A stretch of 64,000 nucleotides of DNA from Salpingoeca rosetta (GCA_033442325.1 JAWQFM010000005.1:3278-67277), one strand, 5' to 3'. Positions 14,453 through 37,157 are shown, counted from the first letter of the stretch. Notes: generated by a model from the letters alone, not told the origin. Numbers and translations: made by a program.

Positions 14453-14474
14453 CTTCTCTTCTTTTTTTTTTTTT
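14453..14474 (+). terminator. RNA polymerase III terminator (oligo-T)
   Basis: Pyrimidine stretch ending in a 13-T run just downstream of the 5S gene. Confidence 0.8.
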
Positions 14475-14865
14475 GGCGTGCTGTGTTGCTGTGGTTGCTG
14501 TTGCTGTGTTGCTGCTGTGGTGCTGGCTTGGTTCGGTTTACTTCTTGATCTTCTTCTTTGCTTGCTGGCTTGCTTGCTTCGACTTGGCGATGAAGAGGTG
14601 GTGGCGCGCGTTGGCTCATCTCCCCCTCTCTCTTGTTTCTCTCTTGTTGCTTGTCTTTTGCGTTGCTTTGCTTCACACACTCTCTCACTGCCTGGCTGAC
14701 ATCGTGTCATCTCGACGCGTTTACTTCCATGTACTGACGCAGAGGAACCACACACAGGTGGGCTGAACTATCGAACTAGTGACAAAGCTGATCTTGGTTA
14801 CGCTGTTAGACATCTTCGTCCTCTCCTCATCCTCCTCCTCATCATCATCGTCACACGCAAACACA

Positions 14866-15098
14866 TCACATGGGTGCATTATCCTTGGCCGCCTTTCGTC
14901 GGTGGGCGGGGGTGTTGCACCATACAGACTCCTGCATCACATCGTGTGGCGTGTCATTGGGCGTGTTGTACGCCAGCCCTTCCACTTGCATCTTCCCCCT
15001 GCGAGCATTTGCGTGTGTGTGTGCGCATGAAGGTGTTGGTGATGGCAGCGAGGTGTTGTGAGGTGACCGCGCTGATTCGCACCCCTGCGCACGATCCC

Positions 15099-15153
<55 letters not shown>

Positions 15154-15999
15154 ACCTGCCAGGCGTTGTCGCCGCTGAACAGGTTGATCCCTGGGCAGAC
15201 TCCAGCAGCTGACAGTAAGCACATACCACATTCATGACACACGAGTGGGCAGATGGTGAGAGTGGGTGAATGGACACGAGAACAAGCGAGCTACGCACAC
15301 ACCCACAAAACTCGCCACACTCACTCCAGAACTCCTGTCCCAATGACTCACTCCCTCACCTGTGTGCACTTGGGTGGAGAGGGCTTGAAGAACTCCTCCT
15401 AACACAAACACAACGCGTCTCTGCATCATCTCCACCACCTTCATCAGGGATTGACCGCAGATTCCTTCGGAAGCTGAANNNNNNNNNNNNNNNNNNNNNN
15501 NNNNNNNNNNNNNNNNNNNNNNNNNNNNNNNNNNNNNNNNNNNNNNNNNNNNNNNNNNNNNNNNNNNNNNNNNNNNNNNNNNNNNNNNNNNNNNNNNNNN
15601 NNNNNNNNNNNNNNNNNNNNNNNNNNCACGCATCACTTCAACATGCCCCATATCACCGATCTGTCCCACCTCGAGGAGCCTGGTGCTCGGGAATGCGAAT
15701 ATTGAACGTCTCCCAGTCCAGCAGGTCCTGGTAGGGCTGCAAGCGCGCAAAATCAAACGCCATAACATCACATCGCAGCACCATGAGCGACAGGAGGGGT
15801 ACACACACGCACACACACACACACACACACACTCACACACACACACACACACGAATTGTCATTCATCCATACGCACCAGCACGTAGTGATCGACGACAAT
15901 GACGGGGATGGCGCCCGCAGCCATGATCTATGAGGCATGAAAAGGGGTGGCAGGAGATGGAAGGTAGGTAAGACCACAAACAGGACTGACATCGTCTGC

Positions 16000-16036
<37 letters not shown>

Positions 16037-16790
16037 ACACACACACCTGAAGGAGTGGTAGCCAAATCCTTCCACGATGAGCCCAAACTTGGTCTCCAGC
16101 GCCAGATCCGTGTACGTGTACTTGTTGAACTCTTTCTCTGCCTGCTTGCACGAGGGGTCATATCCAGCCTTCCCCCTCACGGCCCATTCGCTCCTCGCCA
16201 AACCACCGGCACGCGCACACCAACACAATGTCCCTGCGCATACACGAGCGATGTGTATGTGTGAGTGAGAGAGGTGGATCCAGACAGATACACACACAGC
16301 ACCAACGCCAGCTGACTCCGAGGCAACGCACGACACACACACGGAACACACGATAACACACAACACTCGCACGCGCAGCACGACACACCTGCCGTTGTGC
16401 AGCTTGAGGAGGTGGTTGCGCATGGCATCAAGAACGAGCAGACTTGGTGGTGCTGCTGCACAACAGGGAAAGAAGACACATGTCAAGCAGCGGCACCACA
16501 ACAGGTTTGGAGTGAGGTTGCAGCGGCTACAAGAAGGGCGAGGGGTGGTGCAATGAGCGACACCAACCCCTCAAAACCCAGCAGCAGCAGCAGCAGTGAA
16601 TATCGAACCCCACATCGCACCACGTCACAACACACACGCATGCATGCACAGACCTGAAGGTGACGAGGTATTTCCTGTTTGTGCGGGCGGGACGCGTCAC
16701 TGCTCCGATGTGAATGAATGAATGTCACCATGGAGAAGAGTGGCATGGGCACATCGAGGCCGTCACGGTGGTGGAATTCACTGAGGTGGT
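14866..16790 (-). pseudogene. Exostosin / GT47 glycosyltransferase relic (multi-exon, frameshifted, 5' part missing)
   Basis: Exon pieces read SEFHHRDGLDVPMPLF, NRKYLVTF, RNHLLKLHNG, YTDLALETKFGLIVEGFGYHSFR, IMAAGAIPVIVVDHYVL, PYQDLLDWETFNIRIPEH and LRSIPDE-VVEMMQRRVVFV, which are exostosin-domain motifs. Several indels break the frame. The relic spans an N gap and its 3' limit is uncertain. Confidence 0.75.
15479..15626. other. Assembly gap (148 N)
   Basis: N run. Confidence 0.99.
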
Positions 16791-16914
16791 GTGATGAGAT
16801 GGAACACACAGGATTGGTGAAGCGTGTAAGCATCAGCAGTCGCACATGGTGCGTGCCAACCCCCTATGCACTTCTGTTCCAACACATGCACACACACACA
16901 TACACACACCAACC

Positions 16915-17445
16915 TGTGTCAGCACCGTGGATTGACGAGGAGGAGGTGATGGACGAGCCAGGGCGTGCCACACAGCAAGCCGTTGCCGGCCAACACACAA
17001 CACCATACCACTTCTGGAACGGACAGGGTAGTTGAGTCCACCGCACTTGCAGCTGCATCGACTGAGGATGGATGGCGAGTTGCATGGAATGCCGTGGCAG
17101 GAAAAGGCCATTGTCCACAGCCACGCCGCTGTTCCACTTGCATCCGCCGTGTAGCAGCTCACCAAGCGTGGTGTCTGTTGTGCTCGTGCTGCGATCAGTG
17201 GTCACACCCATAGAGGAGGGTTGTTGTGAGCCAGCACGCACACCGCCTGCAGTGCCCACATGGCTCAACCGGCTTGCAGACTGTTGATGATGGTAGTGTC
17301 ATCCACTGCCGCTGTCACTGCTGCTGTCACTGCTGTTGCTGTTGTTGATGGGCTGATGATGAGCACAGGGGTGGTGGGAGTTGCATCACAGGGAGGGATG
17401 CCGTAGATGAGGCCGTTGCTGGCGACGACGCCACCAATCCCCAAT
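16915..17445 (-). pseudogene. Degenerate relic of a WxGGVLAxNGxIYGIP repeat (beta-propeller-like) protein
   Basis: Three frameshifted repeats: GGVVASNGLIYGIPPCDATPTTPVLIISP; KWNSGVAVDNGL../GIPCNSPSIL; KWYGVV../LAGNGLLCGTPW../LLVNP. Confidence 0.65.
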
Positions 17446-17860
17446 CGCAAGTTGCCACTGCCCTTGCTGAGTGCATCTTGGATGCTGTTGCCAGACGGTG
17501 GGCTGACTGACAGTGTTTGTGGCTGGTGTCACATGTATGCAAACGGGCCAAGAAGGAGACTTGTTTGTGGTTGTTCACTGCCTGCTGGCTGGCTTGCCGT
17601 GCACTTGTCGTGCTTTTGTCCCGGTCGCAAGCAGCACAGCAGTTGGTACCCCCCTTCCCTTTCGTTCCTCCACGCAGAGCACTGCTCCTTGTCAAGCCGT
17701 TCGCCCTGCGTGTGCGTGCATGTGCATGCTTGTGCGTGCCTGTGCGTGTCTGTGCGTCTGCCTTCCATCACACAGCAGTGAACCCCTTTCAACAACAAAG
17801 CAGAAAGTGCTGACTCGGCACAATTCTGTTTGTGTTTGTGTTTTGTGGAAGAAGACAAGA

Positions 17861-22007
<4,147 letters not shown>

Positions 22008-22376
22008 GTGTCATTTGGTGTCGACACTTTCACACGCGCACAACTCAAAACACACACACACACACAACTCAAAACACACACGCCCACACACACATTCGTT
22101 CCACGCCACCTTCCATGCGATCTTTTCCCACTGCACATTCATTGCTTGCGTTGCTGCTGAGTTACTCCTTTATTTTCTCTGCGTGTGTTACTTCCCACTC
22201 AAGCAGCGGCAACTTAAGAAAATCACACGAACAAAACTCAAATGTGGTGAATGTCTGCACCACGAAAGAAACAAGCAATCACAATCACAATTCATCTCAC
22301 AATCTGACGATTGGATGTGGAAGCGTGTGACCATCATGGTTGCTTGGCGTCGCGTTGTGCGCGCGTGTGTTCGCGA

Positions 22377-27039
<4,663 letters not shown>

Positions 27040-27233
27040 ATCCACTGGTTGCACGAGTCTGTGTGTGAAAAACGGTCAAGGCAAAATTGCCTTTTTGAAA
27101 ACAAAAATTCGAACCACACACGCACAAAGGCAAAATTGACTTTGGAAAAAAAAAAACGGCAACGACGACCGCTGCACACCATTCAAACGACTGCACCGCA
27201 ACACGACACGACCACCGAACAAGACAACACACC
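27040..27233. promoter_or_regulatory. Bidirectional promoter region between RCC1 and the CEP350-like gene
   Basis: 194 bp separate the divergent ATGs. The region is A/T-rich and carries the palindrome AAGGCAA-AA-TTG(C/A)CTT twice. Confidence 0.6.
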
Positions 27234-29996
27234 ATGGCCGATGTGATCCACACGGGGCTCATGGTGCCCATGGTGCGCACCAACACCAGCACTTCTCCCC
27301 CACCAGTGCAGCCACCACCGCAACCACAGATACAACAACAACAACAACAACAACAACAGCAGCACAACACTAGAGTGATGACCAAACCACGACACCGGGA
27401 TGTGCGCAGTGGCGTGGAGGGACTGCAGAGCCGCATCCCAGCCCCACGCGTGTTCGTGCGTGAGGGAGGGTCGACGCGAGCTGCTGCAGCTACATATCCC
27501 ACTGCGTCCTCCTCAATGGCTGCCTCGACGGCTGCGCACATTCCGCCACGCGTCATGGCCAACGTGCGCCGAGAAGCTGCGGCCACCACCGACGACCACC
27601 CACCCGCAGTCACAGCCACAGCCAGCACCACAGTGCCTCCCTCATTAGCACAACGACTACATCAACAGCAACAACAGCAGCACCGGCCATCGCGAGTGCT
27701 GCCAGGCTCCAGCTCCGTGCGATCCCGTGCCGGGCGACGAGCCAGCAAAGCACGGAAGGTGGCGGTGATACAACACTCGCCAAAGCCGAGTGACCCACGC
27801 CAGCGGTCGCGTCGCAGGACGGCCAGCCCACTCAACATGGAGGAGGATACACGCAAGGCTGCCAAGCGGGAACAGACGCGCAAGCAAACCCACGTGCCTG
27901 CACCCCAGGTCGCGCTACGCACGAGAAACTGCAATGAGGACCAGCTGCTGCACATGTCAAGCACGTTCAACCACCGTGACTACATCGTTCGGCGCCCGAC
28001 GGCAACCAACGCGGACAGCACAGCCACGGAGCGCAAGGCCTTGGCGGCGGCTAATTACCAACCGCACGTGCGCCCAGCCTCGAAGTACACACGCGACCAA
28101 ATCCAACACATCATGCGCGAACAGCGAAAACAGCGAGCTGTAAGCCTTGCGTTGCTGGTCTGTACTTGTAAATGCGCATGTGTATGTGTGTGTGTGTGCG
28201 CGTGCGTGCGTGTCTCTGCGTATCATCTGAGTGCCATGGCAGTTGCAATCTCATGACTGTATTTATGCGTGCTTTGCTACTTTCCTGCAGGCCGAGCGAG
28301 CTGAGGCGCAACGTAAAGAGGAAGAAAAGCAACGCACCGTCCAGGTATCGCAACACACACTCACAAACACACACACACACACACACACTCACTCACACAT
28401 AGGCTGTGCTGATGGCTAATATCTCGCATTGCACCCACTCACCACACAACGCGTTTGCGTGCGCAGGAGCGTCTTGCACAGCTCGACGCCGCACGACAGA
28501 AACTCGTGCATGCTGGTCCGTCGGCGCAGGCAGGCAAACACCGCAGAACACAGGTGCAACTGCATGCACGCATCATGCAAAATGAGGGGATGTGTGTGTG
28601 TGTGTGTGTGTTCTGTGTGTGTGTGTGCGCGCGTGTGTATTGCGTTGCACTTGAGCGCTTGACCGCTTGAACTGATACACACGCGCTCACTCGCTTGCTC
28701 ACTTTGCACCCAACTTGCCCCCACCCCTTCCAGCCATCGAAGAAGCTTGGTGAAGAGCGACCGTGGCGGCAACAGAGACCACGTGCTCAGCGCAGCAGCA
28801 GCCGTGAGCACTTGAGGATGAAGAAACAGCAGCAGCGAATGCAGCGCCAGCAGCAACAGGACGAGGAGGAGGGAGAGAAGCACCAGCAACAGAACGAGCA
28901 ACAGGACGAGCGACGTGGTGTGGCGTCAACAGCTATGGCGAGGAGGGATGGTCCATCAGCACCTGGTGTGCGGGCACACCGACGCATTCAGGGGCAGCGC
29001 AGACACGAGGACCGACAACAACAGCGGCTGTTGGCGCGCGTGGATGAAATGATGGAGGAAGCGTCTGATGGTGATGAGGTGCCGATGAGCGAACACCAAC
29101 CCCGTGCCGGTGACCTGCAGCCTGGACCAGCAACTGCTGCTTCGAACGATGCTGACGACGGTGACGGCCATGCACAACCACAACGGAGGGAAGACAGCGA
29201 GCAGCCCCGTGGGGTACGTCCATCGTCATGACACACACACACACACATACACATACACGTCACATATGCACATACACGTACACACACATACACATACACG
29301 TGCACACATACACAGACACGTACATACATATACACGTACACAGACACGCATACACAGACACGTGCACACATATACACAGACACGTGCACAGACACACATA
29401 CACAGACATACACGCACACATATACACAGACACACACCCACGAACACGCACACAGTCTGCGCTCACCCAAACACGTCTCTCCCTGTCTTCCGTCTGTACA
29501 GGCTGTGCTTGAGTCGATGCTGTCGCTGCTCCAGCGCGTGGAGGACGTGGAGAATCACAACATGTGGGCCGCATCCATCGCCACCGCCGAACAGCTGCTG
29601 TCATGTCTCGCACAGGACAGGAGGCAGCAGCGACACGTGCGCGCTAATGAAGATGATGACGATCATGATGGTGGTGGTGGTGATGATGACGATGGTGGTA
29701 ATGCCACTCCATCAGCACCACGTGTTGAAGTGGTTCAGGCGAGCAACAGCAACGGTACGCCTAGCGACAGCGACCACGGCTTCAGTGATGCTGATGATGA
29801 TGACGACAATAACGGGACAGCTGGCCCTGGCCTCGGGTTTGCTTCCGCTCAACCGCTGCCTGGCGTCGAAAGCGTGCGCGCTCTTGTCGCACGTCAACGC
29901 ATGGAGGTGAGCTGTTCTTCTGTGCTGCTGGCGTCTCGTATTACATGTGGCCGCAACCCCATCTTCTTCTGTTTCCTAACCCCCAACCCCTCACAA

Positions 29997-30035
<39 letters not shown>

Positions 30036-30994
30036 TACACACCTCACCTTACGCGTCATCCAACCCCACCCACCCCCTCCGTGCAGCAACTTGCGTCCCG
30101 CCATGTTGCCCGGCGGCAACAGCAGCAGCAGCAGCAGAGCCACGCCTGGCGCGTCGATGCTCCACAACAGCAGAGCAGAGATCCGCAGTACCCGTGGCGG
30201 TATGACTCACCAGACACATCGTCTTCATCGTCGTCGTCGTCAGCATTGCATGCAATCGGTCGTGGTGGTGTTGACCGGTTGCTGGCGAGCGCATCAGGGG
30301 TGCACGGCGCCATCGCGGAACACAGCACTGGCACTGACCGTGATAACAACAACGACGATGACAACTACGATGGTGGCGATGGTGACGGCCTACGCGGTTT
30401 GGATGAACCAATCCTGGACATTTTCTTCCGCAAACACCAACACCAACAGCGGCAGCAGGAGGTTGAGGGACAGCGAAGCACGAGAAAGACAACCGTCGTG
30501 ACGCCACCAACACCGCCGTCATCAGCATCGCGTGCCGTGCTGGATGTGACTGCCCCTTACAACGTCCCAGCAGAGGACCAGGCAGCGGCAGCAGTTGCAC
30601 CGCAAACCACGAGGAGCGATCGTCCACAGAAGGACGACACGGGCGTGCGTAGAGACGAGCAACAGCAGCAGCAACAACAACAACATCTTCAGGAAGAGGA
30701 GCTAGCAGTCGTGGCGGCAACAGCTTCGGAAGGCACTGTTGATACCGAAATGAGTGCTGCTGCTGATGAGGATGGTGGCGAAGGTGGTGACGTGAGCGAA
30801 CGACACGATGTTGACGACCGTCACGGTTCAGCTTCGACGCAGGTGGTGACTGAGCAGCAGCACTCACGTGACACTGCTGGTGAAGCGGAGGCTGAAAAGG
30901 GGGAAGACGGTGAAGAAAACGAAGCACAGATGGATGATTCGCTGTATGTGAGCGATGTACACGATGATGCAGCACATCCACCACCACCACCACC

Positions 30995-31064
<70 letters not shown>

Positions 31065-34000
31065 CCGCGGCTGACGCCTGCTGAACTGGAGATGAAACTG
31101 AGACAGCAACTGTCGCTACACGACCTCCTCAACGACACGGTGAGCACCACATTCACAATCAAGTACACCCTCGCCAACCACATTCACCAACTCACTCACT
31201 CGCTCACTCACTCTTTCCCTTCCTGCCTTCCAGCTGCGCCACGCCACACAGGCTGAAGAGGCAAAGGCCGGAACAGAGGCAAAGCAGGAGACAGCAAGAC
31301 TTGCACAGGTGCGAATAACGAATTACCTCTTCTGCTCAGCTTTGACACAGTGCTTGTGTTGGTTTTTGCACCCGCATTCACACAAGCACAAGCACGAACA
31401 CAAGCGCCTTGCACGCCACGCAAACACACGCACACACACTCATCCCCCACCACGTCCCACACAACACACTCACTCCCTCCTCTCACCACACCCTTCCCTG
31501 CAGGCATACGCTGCGCTGCAGCACGAGCTGGAGGCGGAGCGCGCAGAACAGCAGCGGCAGGAGCAGCATTACGCAACACAACAGCAGCGGGCGCGCGATG
31601 ACGCAAGACTGCAGCAGCGCGCAGCCGTTGTGGAGCAGCAGGCCGTGCACAACGAAGCCATGGCGCAGCTGATTGCGCAGCACAAGGACGACCTTGCTCG
31701 CTTGGCGGCGGAGACGGGCCAGTCGGTTGCATCTGTCGTGTCGCAGGTGGTGGAGCGAGCGAGCGACGCCGCGACACAGGCAGCAGCCGGCCAGCGTGAA
31801 GCAACAGACGCCATTCGCACCATGGCCACGAGCTTCCAGGCACACGTGCAAGTCTCGCACCAGGCGGAACTGCAGCGAATGCAGCAGCAGTTGGAGGCGC
31901 TGGGACGACAGCACGAGCAGCTGCGACGTGATGCCGACACGGGTCGATGGCAATCGGAACGTCGGAGGTCTTCGCGACAGCAGCGGGGACGTGGACGGCG
32001 GAGCGAGAGCGAATACAGCAGCTACGATGATGACTTTGATGATGACCATGATGATGAGTACACGCGTGACTTTGATGATGAAGAGGGGAGTCCAAGCGTG
32101 ACCCGCACACGCGAATCCGTGTCGCGCTCCCGCTCTCCTGTATCGCATCGACGCGCTGGTGCTGATCGTGATCGTGATCGTGATCGTGATGATGACGACG
32201 ACGTGGACACCGGTGGTGACGATGATGGCGTGATTCCCACGAGCATGTCGCGTGGCAGCGTGTCTGAGAACGTGGTGGAGAGCATTGTTGATGATGGCGG
32301 TGACGGCGCTGCTGGGTCTGACGTGGTGTCGGATGCAATTGGCGTTGACAGCGACATGCCGTCGGCAGCGGAAGTGGCCAGTGGCCAATTTCCATCGCAC
32401 TCGCACACATCCGCAAGCGGCGCCGTTGCAGAGGACATTGCGAGCGCATCGCACGTGAGCAGTGAAATTGCAACTGAGCCGTCAGCACGCCAGCGAGCAT
32501 CCTCCCACCCAAGCACAGCGTCTGCTGTGAGTGACGAAGAAGATGAGGAAGGGGGCAGATATGGCGACGATTACTCCGATGACTTTGAAGCGGAAACCAG
32601 CGAGGTACAGACATCCGAGCAACAACAACAACAACAACAACAACAACAACGAGAGCCGGCTGTGTCGGTGCTTGATGGTCTTGATGCGCACATTGGGGCG
32701 CGCGATTCCCTGGTGGAGAGCATGCGGCGGCGGCTGCAGCTGATACGGGAGCAGGACCGACTGTTGGAGCAGCAGTACGAGCAGCTCATGTCTGCACGCG
32801 GTTTTCGTCGTGACTACCAAGATGCACCGCAGCAGCAGCAGCAGCCATTGCCGCCTCTGCCACGGGCGGGTGGCGGTGATGCGATGATGTACGCGCGTGT
32901 GCGAACGCTCGTCACCACGGAAACACAGACGTCCCCATCGCCCATCGATGAACGCCGGCAGCAGCGACCACACAGGCACCAATCAGCAGCGAGAAGCGGC
33001 ACTATGTCAAGCGTGGAGGAAGAGGAGGGTGTGCACGACCCTGCATTGTCACCACTATCACGCTCGCCAGCACCATCATCATCTGCTGCTGCTGCAGGAT
33101 TATCCTCCGCCAGCCGTCATCGCCAGAGCGATCATCGCTATCGTCGTCACCGCTCCGCCAGTCCGTCCGCTCCCACGACGGCAGAGGACATACGCACGTC
33201 GCACTCACCACCATCAGACGGCGTTGTGACAGAGGAGGTCGTAACGGAGGACACAATGAGTGGTCGCCGTCGTGGCAGTGATGATTCTGATGATGGTGGC
33301 GTGCCGACAGATGTGAGCGCTACAGATGCAGCGGCGGCTGTTGTGACATCAGATCGTGACGTGATGACTGAGTCGTTTGCTGATGAGGAGGATGACGCCA
33401 TTGCGACGAGCTATGCGGAAACAGACCAGGTCCAGACGGAGGAAGATGAGGCCGATGGTTACAGTGACGACTTTGATGCCGTCACTTCAACCACGACGAC
33501 GACGACAACAACAACACAGCGTGCACAGGTCACAACACGCGTTGTGTCCACAAGGAAGGAGGCGCCACTCCACCCTGGCCGCCGTGTCCACGACCGAACA
33601 GCAGCAGCAGCATCAACACCAACAGCAGTCGCACGTCATGTTCGTGGTGGTGGTGATGTGGAAGATGACGAAGCAACGCACCAACGCGCGCGTGCACGTG
33701 CAACGCAGCAGCTTTTGGATGCGGGTGGTGATGAGCCCTCCTCGGAATCGTCTGTGTTTGAGCGCGCCATGCGTGTGCTTGAGGACCCAGAGCTGCACCC
33801 CGCTTTCAGGGAGGCGAGGATGAGGGAGGAGAGACTGAAGCGGCAGCGACGAACCGTGTCTGAACTGATGGAGAAGCAAGCAGCCATCATGGCCCGGCTG
33901 AAGGACCTCAAGCGGGAGGAGGAGCGACTGGCCGCGTCAGCTCGCCACGCACTGCAGGGCTCACGGCGCGTTGCTGTCGGTGCCACGGGTGCTGGGGGCG

Positions 34001-37000
34001 CTGGCGCTGCGCACTATCACCGTCGTCGCAGCGGTGAGCACCTGGAGCATGCCGTGCAACGGTCCATGGCACGATTGGTGGCAGACACGTACGAGCACGA
34101 GCGAGGCCACGTGGTGGGCACCAGGGCCGTGGAGACAGCAGAAGATGGGCAGCCAGCGCGACACACGCGGCAGCGGCGGTTTGAGGACGAAGTGTCCGAC
34201 AGCGGCGGAGGAGTGGGGGAGGAGCTCAGCGGTGTTGCGACTGAACCAAGCGTGGGCGAACACGTGTCGCGTGAAGGAGAGGTGGAGGAAGAGGAGGACA
34301 TTGGTGGCTACACGGATGACTTTGAAGAGGACGAGGAAGTGGAAGAGTCGGTGCCACTGGCCACTGACGCGGAGAGGACTGGAACGACAGCAGAGGCAGT
34401 TTCATCAGAAGGAGGAATCGACACTGATGTCCAGGTTGAGTCTGATGTTGCATCCGAGATTGCAGAAGACGTTGCGGACACAGAGCAACGGCAGCAGGAG
34501 GGGGAGTCTTACACGAGCGACGTGTACGATGAAGTCGAAGGCGCCGTCGAGAGCGAAGTGTCCGACCACGTTGAGACGGCCGGTGGCGCATCTGCTGCTG
34601 AAGATGAAGTGGCGAGTGATGTTGATGCATCTCGCACGTCGCTCATCGTGAGCGCTGCCAGTCCACGACGACAGCAGCAACGAGAAACAGAACGAGAGGC
34701 ACTCCCGAGCGATGAGGCTGAATTCAGTGTCGATCGTCGCGCCGCGGAGTTCAAACACAGGAATCGCCCGCTGCCGTCAACTTCCGCTGCCGCTGGCGTG
34801 CAGTCGCTGGTGGGGGAGGACGAGGGCGAGGCGTCCATCAGCAACGGCCTGACAGAGAGCGATTCGCAGGAGCGAGAGCTACGCAACACGCTGGCTGAGC
34901 TGGAGCACGCGTACGCCGACCAGCGCCGCAAGCTGGTGCTGGAGAAGCGTGAGCGGAGAAAGATGGACCTGACTCGGCGCATCGCGCGATTGCAGTCGAA
35001 GCTCGGTCGCGTGGAGAAGGAGGCAGGCACGCTGCACGACAAGCGAGCCGTGGACGAGGAGGACGAGGCGTCATCCATCGCATACACGGGGGACTTTGAA
35101 GATGAGGATGAAGAGGGGCGATACGAGGAGACGGACGAGGCCACGCAACTGACGCCCCCGCGCCGCCCGCGTGACCGTGTGTCTACATCAACAGCACCAG
35201 CACCAGCACCAGCAGCAAGCTCCGTCAGCCCAGCAAGGACAAGCGAACACGCTGTCACTTCGGATGTGGTGTCGATACGCGAAGAAGCGGGGGTGTCCGA
35301 GTCCATCGCGTATTCAGACGACTTTGAAGACGAAGAGGAAGAGGAGGAAGCCATCAGGGCCTCCGGTGCAACGAGCGGGCGCGATGGTGGCGCCGTGGCA
35401 GCAGCCGTGCCTTCACGACGTGCTGCTGACGAGGTGGAAAGTGCTGCTGCTTCTGACGTGGTGCCAACCGAGGAGGAGGAAGAAGATGTTGCATCTGACA
35501 TTGAGGTTGAGGAGGAGAGCATGGGTGTCGTGGAAAGCGAAACCAGTATTGCTGCTGCAAGCGAAGAGACACTGGCGCTGAAGCGCGAGGAAAAGAAAGA
35601 GGCGCTACCACCAGCAGCACCAGCGGCGGTGAAAGAAGAACAACAAGTGGGGGAAGAGGCAGTGGAAGAGGAGGAGGAGGAGGAGGAGGAACCATCCGAG
35701 GCCATGTACTCGGAAGACTTTGAGGAAGAAGAAGAACCGGAAGAAGAGGAGGATGAACGTGTGCCAGTGGCGGCGGCAGCGATAGCGGCCAAAGAGGAGG
35801 AGGAGGAAGAGGAAGAGAAGTCGCACGTTGGTGACGAGCGCATGCCGCCCGCTGTTGGCGTTGCTGCTGCGCGCGTGTCTGAGAAGGAGGCGGCATCTGA
35901 GAGCGAAATTGTGACAGAGGAAGAGATTGAGGAGGAAGTGAAGACGGAGGAAGCATCAGACGTCGAACGAAGTGCTGACAAGGAGGAGGAGGCCGTGCAA
36001 GCGCCTACGGCGGAGGAAGAGGAGTACAGTGACGACTTTGACGAAGAGGAAGAAGAAGTGGAGGAGGAAGAGCAACCAGTGGGTATTGAGGAGGAGAAGG
36101 AAGAAGAAAAACAACTTCAGACGCCGTTGCGGGAGAAGGAAAAGGCAGGGGATTCCATGGCACAGGCCGGTGACGTTGTGCAGTCCATGCTAGACCAAGC
36201 GGTGGATGATGCTGTCGACTCCATGCTCAACTTGCTCCGAGACACCACGACAACTACAGCACGGACAACAACAACGACGCCAGCGCCACTACATTTGCAA
36301 CCGCACGCACGAACTCCGCATTCGCCACGCTCGCCCCACTCCCCGTCATCGTCATCGTCATCGCTCTCCTCCCCACCGCGCTCGCCCGTGAACCTGAACG
36401 TGAACGTGAGCATGCCCACATCTCCACAGTCGCCGCCGCACGACGAACCGCTCCCGCCATCGCCACCGGAGCCCGTGCACACGCGCTCGCCGGTTGTTGA
36501 GCTGCCACGCCTCATGTCCATTGCGCACAGGGCCGTAGGAAAGGGGCGGGACGACGAACCCATGCCCGAGCTCGCGTGTGATGCCGAGGAGCTGCTGTCG
36601 TCGCTGCCGCGTCGCGAGCACGGACTGGCGGTGCTGGTGTTTGACCTCATGCATGACCTCGTCTTCCGACGCCGCCAGGGGCAGGTGAGGGTCTGCATGT
36701 TTGTGTGATTGTGTGACATGTTTGTGTGTGTGTGTGTGTGTGTGATTGTGTGTGTGTGTGATTGCATGTGTGTGGCCGTTTGTGTGATTGCGTGTGTGTG
36801 GTTGTTTGTGTGTGTGTGATTGTGTGTGTGTGGTTGTTTGTACCGATGTCGGCTTATGTTTTCAATCAACGTGCTTCGATACTGACCATTGTCTCCCAAC
36901 ATCGCAACACCCCGAACACCATTTCCAGGTGACGGTTGGTTATCTGCCGAAACTGTTCAGCCGGCGCCCGCCCCTAACGCGCGGGCAACTGCTGCACGCG

Positions 37001-37100
37001 ACGGAACAGATGTTGACCAAAGCACTCGCCCTGCACACGGAGCCAGACACCCACGTCTTCAGGCAGCACCTCGGCCAGATGGTGCGTGCTGCTGCCGCTG

Positions 37101-37157
<57 letters not shown>

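Noticed and set aside
14333-14600. 5S-derived SINE (SINE3)
   Set aside because: The full-length 5S is followed immediately by a T-run terminator, with no SINE body or tail.
34509-35981. 490-aa antisense ORF, and others opposite the giant exon
   Set aside because: Shadow ORFs of the Glu-rich sense exon.
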